The position numbers and the translations under genes were made by a program. The notes beneath the pieces are model-generated. The model was not told where the DNA came from, ran no database searches, and worked only from the letters and a program-made list of their open reading frames with translations. This document shows positions 23,701 through 35,700 of a stretch of 64,000 nt of DNA, piece after piece. Source of the DNA: an uncultured Gammaproteobacteria bacterium (GTDB lineage Bacteria > Patescibacteriota > Microgenomatia > UBA10105 > UBA927); NCBI GenBank assembly GCA_964629685.1, contig CAZVTT010000003.1, positions 86,038 to 150,037 of the forward strand, written 5' to 3'. Position 1 is the first letter of the stretch, and the number at the start of each line of letters is the position of its first letter.

Positions 23701-26700
23701 ACGATATGCATACCCCTGTAACATAGTCCTGACCGATTCCATCATGCCGTCTCGGGTTATAAATTCTGCCAATTCCGCATTAGACGTAACACCATACGTA
23801 TGCAAAGTACGATAGATCACATAGTTAAGGTGCTCACAACCCGTTGAAGCACAAACGCGTAATAATTCTTCGTCGGAAAGATAATTGGTAATTTCCAGCA
23901 TCTGCGGTACTATATCTCCGCCTTTTTGCGCTTCCTGACCAAGCGTATCTATTACCTCTTGCAGTTCATTTGCCGTTAATTGTTCTGTACGACCTGCCCG
24001 TTGCTCCAGTTTAGTTTTCAGCTCAGATACACTCGCGGCAGGATGCAATTGTACGTCGGGATCCATGGGTAACAGTGCTAAGGTGTCATACGCGCGTGAT
24101 TGTGGATTAAAAGGTTCATCTTTAGCTGATTTAACGAAGTTATTGGCAAAGAATGTATATATTTCTTGCTCAATTACCGCTCTATTTGCCTGCTGCATGG
24201 TTTGCGCGTAGCCTTTAGTAAGTTGATCCACTGCAGCATCATATGAAGTCTGATTTATTCCCGCAGTATTCCGGTAAAATGCCAGTACGGAACCTGCCCG
24301 ATTCGCTGCTGTTTCAGACTCTGGGAACAACTGACCGAATACACTATCACGAAGCGCTGTATAGTAATCCCAATATTCCTGAGAAACGATTGTACTTACA
24401 ATATTCTCGGCTTCATCCCAGGAAACATTCCCCTGTTGTACTTCCAGGGCTACCATTAATAGCGTCGCCATTCCTTCGTTTCCTAAATCCCTAAGGTATG
24501 GACCATAAGCCCGTAACAAATCGTGAGAGGCTTCATGTGCCAGTATCCGGCGTAATAGCCTGGAGCGTTCCTCAGCAGTAAGTTCCGCATCAGCCCCGAA
24601 TATACTGGCGCGAACAACATAAACACCGGTGGCTTCATCATAGAATGCTGGGACTGCCTGACCCGGAAACTTTGTATCTATATACTGGTCATCAGCGACG
24701 ATTATCGGATAATGGGTGGGATTTATTTCTGACTGGGGTAAACGGATTTGTGCAATTGCGAGGGTATCCACTAAATTCTTCATCGAACCGACCAGCTCGC
24801 CCCGTTTGTGCAGCACTTGTAATGCGAACCATTTGTTTATGGCTTCCTGACTGGCATTGGTGAGTACACCGTTTTCGAGTGTGAGCGGATATTGTGTCGG
24901 ATTATCAAGATGCATGAGGTAATACCCTTTTACTAATCCGTAATTCTGATAGAACGGATCGGAATGGAACTGTTGCAGTACTTCTTCCCTGCCACTCTCA
25001 CCAGTTATTCTGGCTGTTTCCTGTAACTGATCAACCACAGCAGGTGCCCATTCCGGTACCACATGCGCCACGGCATCCATAGCGGTATCGGCAAATACGA
25101 CCACCGGTGCCCGCTGCACCGTATTACTAATCTGCTCACGTAAACTCAACGGACGGGATGAGCCGGGAGGATTGTTATCCGTTTGAGAATCTTCCTCACT
25201 TGGTGGTCGAACCGGATTACTCCTATTTCTTCTCCGCTCTTCTATAACTTGGGCACGTTGAATTTGTTTCGCTAATATCGCTTTTAAGCGTTCACTGAAT
25301 TCAAGTAATTCATCTTTACCGGTAAACGGAACCCGGAAACTGCGAGAACCACCCTCAACACTCGTAGTAACTTCTACACCTGCATCACGGAGTAAATTAA
25401 CCAAGAACGTTGTATCTGTTGATCCGCCGACGGATTGCGGCAACGGTCCTGTTGTAATCCATGTCATTACTTCATCCACATCCGAAAGCATCCCTTTTAA
25501 CGCGAGGATGACATTGCCAATATCAGCTTTTTCATCAGTAATACCATACACATTATTAAATCCGAAATGTAACTGGATTACTGAACCGTTTGGCGTAACA
25601 GCTCTAATGGCTGTAACCCCATTCTGAGCCACAAATCGTGATTCTGTATTCGTAGGCCTTTGCTGCCGTAATTGAAGCATAAAATCCTGACTCTCTTTGC
25701 TCACTTCTTCAACAGCCGCTGCTACTTCATACCAGACCCCACTAATCCGTGACCTGATTTCACCTACGGCAGCAGTAAGCTCATATTGCAGTTGTTCCCG
25801 TTGTATTTGAACTATATCAAACGGTGTTTCATCACCAACCGGAAGTTTTTCTACCAACTGTTGCATGAAGTACAGAGCTTCAACAAGTTGCTGCACTTCC
25901 GTTTCACTTACTTCTGCAGGAAGTGGAAATTCATCAAAATTATTCGCTACTTCAATTGCGGTTTGAATTGATCCAAGTGCTGATTCAATAAACGATGGTT
26001 TCGGTTCAATAATGGCCCTTGCTGTATTTACCTGAGCTATTAATGCTTTTTGAATCCGTTGGTTTGGCATCTGATGCTGATAGGCAACAGCGGCGGCTTT
26101 GGCTATCGCTTTTTTCGCTGATGCTAAATCTGGAGCACTTAACGCTTCATCTATAGCCGCGTTCACCTCTTTCACCGCTTTGCCACAGTCTGTGCAGGTT
26201 TGCCCGGCACTCGCTACCGTTATCGTACCAACTTGTGTAACATCCAATACATCCGTAACCACCGTGTCAGTTTTCTCTACGGATAATGCAGGAGATTGGA
26301 GTAATTGTCGTAAGACGGCTATATCAATTTCCCTTGGAGCATCGTCAGAAATGGTTGCTATCAATTGCTCGACTGCAATCTCTGCAACAGTATCTGAAGT
26401 GTCTGTTTGTACCGTAGCGGAAACCGGCTGAGTTTCACCTGTCGGTGTAAGGTATCCGGGATCGTTGGCAGTCGGCTGATGATACGTAATCGATGGACCA
26501 GACAATCTGCGGACTTCAGGGTCATTTCCGAGCAGAATTACATCGCCGTCATGCAATACTGTCGGCACCGTTATCCTGACACCATTTACCCAGGTGCCGA
26601 AACTCGAACCGGCATCCTCAATTGTTACCGTCGCACCGGTTATGGTTACCCGTGCATGTTGGGCACTACTGACCAAACCGGTACCGCTATTTTTACCGAT

Positions 26701-29700
26701 CAGCAGGTCATAATCCGCTTGTGACAGGATATTTTCACCCTCGCGCTGTCGCTGCAGCCGAATTGTCGTTTTTCCGTCCAGGCCCACTGCGTTTTCAGGT
26801 AATTCGACGGCTACCGGTATTGCTGCAGCACTCTCCGGGACCGGTACCGTTGCCGGAAGCAGCGGTAAAGACGGAGCCAGTCGGATACCCAAATTCTCGA
26901 GTACAAAACTCCCGAAGAGTGTCCGTAGACCCAATACGGTGCGGCGCGCTGCGGCAATAAAGTATGCGGTCGGATATGGCCGCGCGGCATCTTCACGGGC
27001 AACTGCTGCGCGGAGTGATTCCATATCAGCAATAAACACCCGGGAATCCGTCGCTTGGGCACCCACCGGTGCCGGCATATCCTGCAGCGCTGTTGCCGTT
27101 TGAATAGCCTTATCAATCGCAGCCAACATGCTGTCTTTATTTAACGTATCTTTGGTAATGGCAAACCGCACAACTTCAATTTGCGCTTGAACCGCCGTCC
27201 GCATCCGCGCATCCGCCCAGGTGTGGGTGGTAAATTGCAGTTCAGCATTCGTGAACGCAGCTACCGCCTCTGTTCTGTTTCCGGCAGCCAACTGATCTAA
27301 CGCCGTATCCAGCTGCCCCATAAGAGAAGGTACTTCCAGTTTACAAACCGAACATCCCGTTTCTCCCGCTAGTCTTCCCGCACGGTATGCCACCCGTTCA
27401 AAAAATGACTGCAGATAACGGATAAAGGAAACGCTACTGTTCCGGATAATCAATTGACGCTGAATTTCAGTTATACCATTTCCGATACTGTTCAACCCAT
27501 ATACGCTTAATCTGGGAAGTACCAAAACGACGTCAAATACATAATCTACCGCTGTCTTCGTTTGTTGATACACACCCTGCGCCATATTATCCGTGGCGAT
27601 TCCGCGGAAGGAATTCCACCGGGATGTAATACCGCCGAATAATCTGCGACTGATACCACCATCCGGAGCCTGAAGTTGTGCAGGGCTGAACACCCCACCC
27701 TGTGCTGCCAATGCCCCTGCCAGTAAACCGGCTTCGTTTACGGATTGTCTGGCGACCAGTTTGGCACCGTCTTCCCCAATAAGCCTGCGGGCTCTATCCG
27801 CAAGGGATTCCCTGCCGGTTATACGCAGCCAGGCACGCTGTACCACGTTCAGGTTGTCGGCATCCGCACCGATGTCCACATTGAAGACAAATTCACCGGT
27901 ATTTTTATCAAATACCACTGCTATTGTTACTTTCCTCGTATTCACCGTGTCAGCATGCGCACCACCAAAAACGACATCGTTTTCCTGAGGCAACAGCGAG
28001 AACATTACATCGGCATTATCTATCATTCTGGATTCGCCAACGTTAAATCCGTTCTTAGCCAGGAAGCGAATGGCCCAGCGCCATCCGCTTTGCGTCATAG
28101 ACTGAATCCGGAAATGGAAGCCTTCACCCTGACGCGCAGCCACCCGTTCACCGAGGGTAAATTGCCAGGCCCGCATAATCTGATCGGTAGACGTATTTCT
28201 TCCCATTAAGCCAAGAGATATTGCTAGATTATCGCCGTCATCGTAAACAGCTTCCAGGAAGTGGTAGAAGTCTACTCCCATAATCCGGGCTATCGCCCGC
28301 ACTATTAGTGTTTCTATCGTCAACCGACTTGCTTCAAATCGTAAATCTGCCAGCACCGCAATTTGTTCGTCACTCAGTTGCCCGATCTTTTCCGCAGACT
28401 CCAGGAATTCTGCTGTTACCGTTCCGCCGAATATGCGTAATAATTCCGGACTCTGATTAATCCGTACTGCCACATATTGCTTCCGCAATGCATCGACACG
28501 CGGTTTGAGTACGCCGTAAATTCCCGTACCGTCCAACGAGTCTACGCCCAACTCATTCACCAGTTGCGCGCGTACGACCGGATTTTGTGCCAGTCGTTCC
28601 AGATTCAGGCTGGTAGTAAAGTTTTTGATTTTTTGCTGCTGTGCTTCTTCCACGGTAACGGGATTATTCCGTTGATTCACGAACGGCGCAGCTTCCGTAT
28701 GAGCACGGATCGCTCCGGTAAGACTTCTGATAAATGGTGTGTATATTTTCGCGAGTGCCTTAGCTCCGTTTATGGTGGCGTGAGACCAGCCGGTAGATAT
28801 TTGTACCCCCAATAGTTGATCCGGAGCGTTCGTGTCAGCTTGAGTTCCGTAGAGTGTTTCGTCTTTCCCAAGTATGAAAGCAGCTTCCACATGATAACGG
28901 GCAATATTACCCCAGGTGGAAAGTCGTGGACCTTTCGCTTCAGAAAGCCTGGTTGTCCGGGTGCTAAATATTCCATCCAATACACTCAGCCGTTCTGTTA
29001 ATACCCGTGTTTGCGCATCTGTCCGTCGCGGATCATTGGCTGCCAAATCCGGATACACATCATCAACAGTTATCGGAGTTCCTACCAGACGACCGGAATT
29101 ACCTAATTGGCTTAATCGCTCAACTGTTGCTACATCGAGTGGAATTCCGTCATTTACCGCTCCCGTATTTGCTATTAACTGGCTGTACGCATATTTGTAT
29201 ATTAACGATTGCAGCCATTGCTCATCTATTGTCCCGTCGGACAGTACTATTGCATCGTTTAAACGGATGGAATACAACCGGGCAGAACCATCAGGATTCA
29301 TTATTACAAAGTCATAAATGTCTTTCTGATTATAGTCTTCCAGTATCATCCGCTTACCTTCCGGGTCTTTAGGATCAACGGTTCTTGCGGCGGTATATGT
29401 CGTAACCAACTGTTTGGTAATTACCTGGGATAATTGCTCCACCATGAATTCCGCTTTTTGGGTTTCCGAGGCACCTGCCGTCCTGCCTATTTCTACTTCC
29501 GTTCCATCCTGTCGTTCCCAACTCCGGAGAATATTCCGGACAGTCGGACTTACACGGGATAATTCCGCCAAAAGCTGGTTAATATTTTCCGGAGAGGTTT
29601 CGGTTACTGCTGCCTGAATCTGTGCAAACGTATTTGCCGCTGTCTGAAATACCGGAAGCAGTTGTGTTCCTTCTCTGGCGGCTACACCCCGTAAATTTTG

Positions 29701-32700
29701 CGGTACGATTGCCTGCAGTTGATTAAATAAATTGCGCAATTCCGGATTACTCTTATGCAGACGCTCCATAACTTCCAAGGCTTTATCGGGGTTTCTGCTT
29801 AAATAATCCAGGAGGAGTGATGTCACCCGTGCGGGATCCTTTTGAATAGTGGTGCGGTAATCATATTTTAACCACGTTATGTTCATATATGTTGCGGCAT
29901 CCGTCTGCAATATACGGTTAAGTACCCGGCCTACATTCTGTTTTATCCGATTAGCCCCGTCTACCAATATCGTTATCGGATTACCGACTTCCCTGGCCCA
30001 GGTTCCGCTTGCTGCTACTTGCCTGTATGACGCGACCCCTGCTTCTGCTCCGGCTTCCCGGGTAAGTCCGGCAGCTGACTGTGCCAGGAATATAGGCGTC
30101 AACGTCCCGTTGGAAATCCAGGACATAAGATTACGGATTGTTGAAGACGGCATCAGACTGCGGGCTTCATTGGTACGGGCGATGGTCTGATCAAGCTGTA
30201 ACAATACGCCGGTATTATGATCAATCAGTAATACTTTTTGCACCAAATTGAGCGGCACCCGGACAGGCGAAGTCAGCAATGATACGACAGTGGAAACTGC
30301 CTGGAACCATGCTCTCGGGGTGTATACTTTCGCCTGATCTTTGTCCGCAACCTTCCAATTTAGGCGGCCGTTTTCCATATACACCTTAATTCTGGTCGTA
30401 CCGATAGTAACCGTTGCCGGTCTGTTTACCACCACGAATTCCTGCGGCAGAACCGTTTCCGTTACGGTATTGGCGTCTATAGTATCGGCATCCACGTACG
30501 TCAGGGTAATTACGTTCGGACTGGTCGCACGGTTCGCGTCAGCCGGAACATTCCTGCCCGCAGGTGCCACATTAGAAAGTACGAAACTGGAATTGTCCAC
30601 CCGGGTTATCAGTGCATGGGAATCAGCCACACCTTCACCGGCCCGCACCCGTATACCGGCACTCCCGTTCGTACCGATTAACGTACCGGTATCGCGGGTT
30701 AAAGCACTCCGGATTGCGGCAAATACCCGCCCTACTCTCCCGCGTTCTGCCGTGATTTCTGCCGTGTCGGCAATAGGACTACTTACCCCATCCGTAGCCG
30801 GAGTAATACTACCGGGTCGTCGTAACAACGTCGGACGATCATCTTCATTATTCTGCAGGGCAATCCGGCGTGACAGTACTTGGCTCAGTATTTCATCATG
30901 CTTACCCGGTATAGTTAATATCGTTTGTAATGCAGTCTGATATATATCTGCTGCTTCATCCTTATGTGCAGGATCAATCCGCAGCAACAAAACTGCCTGC
31001 AGTTTACGATTCATGGCATCCGTTTCCCCTTCGCGAACGAGAGTTATGACTTCGTTCATCCGGGTCTGTAACTCTCCGGGAAGTACCGTCCGCGCCTGTA
31101 CCCGTTCCTTCTGTTGCCGGAAAGCCGTTTGCAGTCGGGTTACCAAACGCACCTGTAGTGTGGTGGCGACGCCCTTTTGCGCAGCTAACTGCTCAAGCAA
31201 CCTGTCTATTTCCCGCAACACGACATCGTATTGCTCCAATACCGTATCTATCTGGTCAGGTCGATCGTATGTAATCGTGACTTTATCCAAATCCCGAATC
31301 GTGTTTTCAAAATACCCATCAAAATCATAGAAGGTATACGTCTGATTTAATCGACCCTGCAATGTCCGCAGTAACGTAAGATATTGATCGGCAGTTACTT
31401 TCGCCTGCTGTGTGGGTAAAATATCGGAAGCCCGTTCTTCTTCCGATTTAGCTTCATATCGCGCGTCATCTATATCCTGTCGTAACGCTATGAGCACTAA
31501 TTCATAATTGGCTATTCCGTACTCCGTGCGGAGGGTATCCAGCAGTCTGGCCACCGCACCTGTCGGTCGGTTTAACGCGTCAGAGCTCGCTGCCGCAGTA
31601 ACCGGAGTTATCTTCAGTTCATTTGAGAGTTGGTTGTATAACCGTAATACCCCACGCTGATCGGCCGCGTTTGTTAACAAATCCGTAGCTGACTGAATAA
31701 TAAACGACCCGCTGCGCTGATCAATAAACCGGCTAAATACTCTTCCGAGTACTTCTCTGCGGAAATCAAACCAGGTATTTCTGGCCACTACCGCCAAACG
31801 CTGCTGTGTTGTAGCGGGTGTAACCAGCGTCGAATTATTCAGAATTGACTGCAATTCCTGCAGTTGCTGCGAAAGACGGATACGCTCACCTTCCAGCCGT
31901 TGCCGTTCTGCTTCCTGCGCCCGTTCGTCACCTTCCAGTACGCCAAGGATCGCGGAATCCAATAACTTTAACGCCGACTGATGTTTGGCAATAGCATCAG
32001 ATACATCCGCAGTATTTGGCGTTACCCGTGCCTGCTCTCCCTGGACTCTCGCCAATAAATCCATCTGAAACCATGCCTGTCGACTGCTGAATGCATGACC
32101 GTTTAACAATCGGCGCATTTGGGTAACCCACCGCTGCACGAATGGAGCTTGCGCCTGTGAATACAGTCCTTGCGCCCCCCGAATTTTGGTGAAGGCTTCT
32201 ATGGCATCGGTAATCCGGCGGTTCAATACGGAACATCGGGAACATTCCGTATCGTTTATTTGTGCCTGCGGTTGTCCGGCTCTACCGTTAACCGGTTGCA
32301 CCACAGCTTCCGCTTGTCCTTCTCCGATAAACATCACGGTAAAACTTATGTCATCACGGAATCTGCTGTTTGCCGGCAATTCCCCGCGTTTAATCTGATC
32401 CTGGTGGCGTGCACGTACTGCTGCGATAAGTTGGGCTTCCGCAATCTGAGGTGTCCGGGCGTTCGTCAAAATTCTGGCCAGAATCCGTTGTCCCAGCGCG
32501 GGATCCTGGCGGAAGTATTTCAAAAATCCATCCGATGTCAAGAGTACTCTGTCTCCCGATTTGGCTTTGTATGCCGATACTTTCCCGCCATAAAAACTAC
32601 TGCTGCCCAGATAATTCGGGTTTACCGGTGAAGCTGCCTGGTATTGCGGATCACGGGCATAAAACGCCAGCGGATTAAGTACGACGGGATCTATTTCTTT

Positions 32701-35700
32701 AAATGGTGTAGTTCCGCGCAGACGTTGGATCAGCCTACTAACTACGTTTGAGGCAGGCTGGACTGCGTACATTTCGGGATCACCGACCCGCGCTACCAGC
32801 AGACTTCCATCCGGCATTACGGTGGTACCGATTATGGTCGTAAACACCTGTTTATCCGGATCACTCCTTCTTCTTTCCGCTACAAACTGTACCATGGCAG
32901 CCTGCAGACGCACATCTATGGCGTTCTGCAAATAGGCTTGAGCTTCCTGTACGGTTGCCATGTTTCTGGCAAATTCCAGCTCGCGCAGTAAAAATTCTGC
33001 CGCAAATTGCGCACCGTCACGCAGACCGTTTTCGTTCGAACCGGACACGCCGTCTGCAACCACCATACTTTGTCCCTGCGTCAGCGCCACATCCTGTCCG
33101 AGCGGGGAGAATTTTGTATGCCCCGCTATAATCTGACCGTTTCCGACATTTCCACGGATAACCTTTTCTGTTTGCACCGGAGTTTCCGTCTGCGATACCC
33201 TGCTTATGGGAAGTATTCCCGTGTATTCTTTCGTATCCGCGGCGGAAATTTTCCCGTTGGCTATCGCATACAACGGTTTTCTGGTTCCCCGCTCCAATAA
33301 CCAGGCATTTCCACTCGTGGTACTTCCGGCGGTAAATACGTAATACGCATCACCTATTTGTATAGCATCACCATCCTGAAGATATGTCCGACCTCTGCCC
33401 TTTATATTTACGTCATTTACGAGTGTTCCGTTTGTCGAATTTGTATCTTCCAGATAGTATCCTTCACTATCAAAACCCAGCCTGGCGTGATCGCGGGATA
33501 CATTGGTATTGTTTATAACAATCCGCTCTCCGGTTCCGGCATTCCTGCCAAACGTAATGGCCCATGATCGATCAGCTGGTTGTTGCGGAACCACCCGGGC
33601 AACAGCTCCCTGAGCAGATATGCTATATTCCTGACTCCCGTTGGATTGTGTCAGTAGTACCTGTCCGTCTTCGTCATGGGAGAAAATAAGTATCGCGTCA
33701 TCACCAAACGAAATACTGTCACCGTCATGCAATACCCGTAACTGTCCGACTGCTAACGGATATCCGTTCACTGTAGTACGATTTGTCGCTCCGTCATCAA
33801 TAATACCGACACTGCCGTCAGCAGACTGAATTAACCGGGCATGAAGTCGTGATACGGTTGCACCCGGAACGGCAATATCCACCGTATTCCCGTCCTGCAA
33901 TCTCCCGATAGTACGTTCCCAGGTGGGACCTGCTTGTACCGGTGCCGCAATTTCTCCCAAGCTCAGTCCGGTAATAACTCTGCCGTTTACATCAAAAAGC
34001 TGCTGGATTCCTTCAGTATCCCGGCCGACAACCAATGTCACTTCACCCAACTGTACCTGATCACCTTCAGTAAGATTTTGCTGTGTTACTTTTGTACCGT
34101 TGATCAGCACGCCATTTAATGCACCGGAATCGCGTATGGCAATAACGTTTCCGGATGCATCACGGGAAATGTACGCATGTAATCGGGATACGGAGGCTCC
34201 GGCAATATTACCGTTCTGTTCACCCCGTCCGATTCCTTCCGTGGTCAATTCCTGTCCGAGAGCCACACGTGTACCGCTAAACACCGGTGCAGTCACCGGA
34301 ACCGGTGCACGGGATTGTGCTGTGCGTAGATCGAATATGGTCGTTGCATCATCAGCGATACTGCGCGAACGGGATACCACCGGTTGTTCCGTCCGTTGAT
34401 CCGCCGGCAATTCCGCCAGTGTATCTACCGCAATATCCGTTCTGGCTGTGCCGTACACTAATCCGATACTGGTAGTGGTGGCAATCACCCGGTAGCCGAC
34501 CGTTCCGACCATCAATTCATCACCAACCTGCAGCTCAACCGGAGTATTCCGTGGCGTGCGGTACGGCGTTCCGTTCCTGATAATGACACTACTTACGGGA
34601 TGACTGTCAGTAATAACTAAGCGATCATCATTACGTGACAATACCGTCTGCTCCTTTTCATTCGGACTGGCCTGCAGAACCAGAATTTCATTTTCACTCA
34701 ACGTGATTACGGATCTGTCTATTGTCGTCCGTTGAGCTAAAAAGCCGTTAAATGTATCTGGCGCGTCGTACACGTTCTGATCCAGACGGTTGTAAACCAA
34801 CCGTTGCTGTGAACTATCCAACTGATCAAACGGTATAAAATCTGCATCAACGGTATCAAACCCTTCATACAGCAATGCGGATGTCCGGTTGTTTCCGTCT
34901 ATGACCACAAATCTGCCGCTGTCGCGTTCATACGTTATCGTCACCGGTACGTCGGTTCTATAGGTATCATCACCATAAATTCCTGCCCGCGCCCGGAAGA
35001 ATGCATCTGCCCGCACGCCATCTTCGAGTGGGGTTAATTCCGAAATCGTGAAGCGATACCGTCCGGCAGTAAGAGTCTGAGCATTTGCACTGGTAACGGA
35101 ATTTACCTGCCGCGTCTGCGTTGAATTTACGGGTGATACCGCCGGATTACCCATTACAATTTGCAGCAATCCGTTTACATCGGTGGTCACATATACCACC
35201 GTTTGGTCAGATAATGCGTTTACTTCTCCGGCAATTGTGCCGAAGAATACCTGATCTCCTGATTGCAACGCGACAGGTGAACCATTGGTTACGGCAAGAA
35301 TTGTTCCGTCTGCCCGCCGGATAGATGTGCCGTACGAAGAACCTTTCCCGGAATTGCCCAGGTCGCGGACAAATATGGTATTACCCTCTCTGGTAAATGC
35401 TGCATGACGGCTGGATACCTTTGATCCGTAGACCGGTATATCGCCGCGTATTGCCGTCCGGTGATCCACCCGTCCTGCCACTACTTCTCCGCCGAGCCTA
35501 CCCTGACTCCCTGAAGGAATATAGATTCCGCGGGCCTGCTGACCGTTCTGTGTTTGTACCGGAATAAATGCGCCGGGAGTAGTATCTGCAATATAGCCCA
35601 CGACTCCTTCCTGGGTGTCGGCTGTCACATCTGTCGGCGCCAATAATTCGGTTGGTGCAGCGGCTATAACAGGTAATGGACTTGTCGGGCCATCCGCTTC

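Noticed and set aside
27730-27890. GADADN and ARQSVNE resembling UxaE epimerase motifs
   Set aside because: The motifs are in the reverse order and the catalytic His is absent; likely coincidence.
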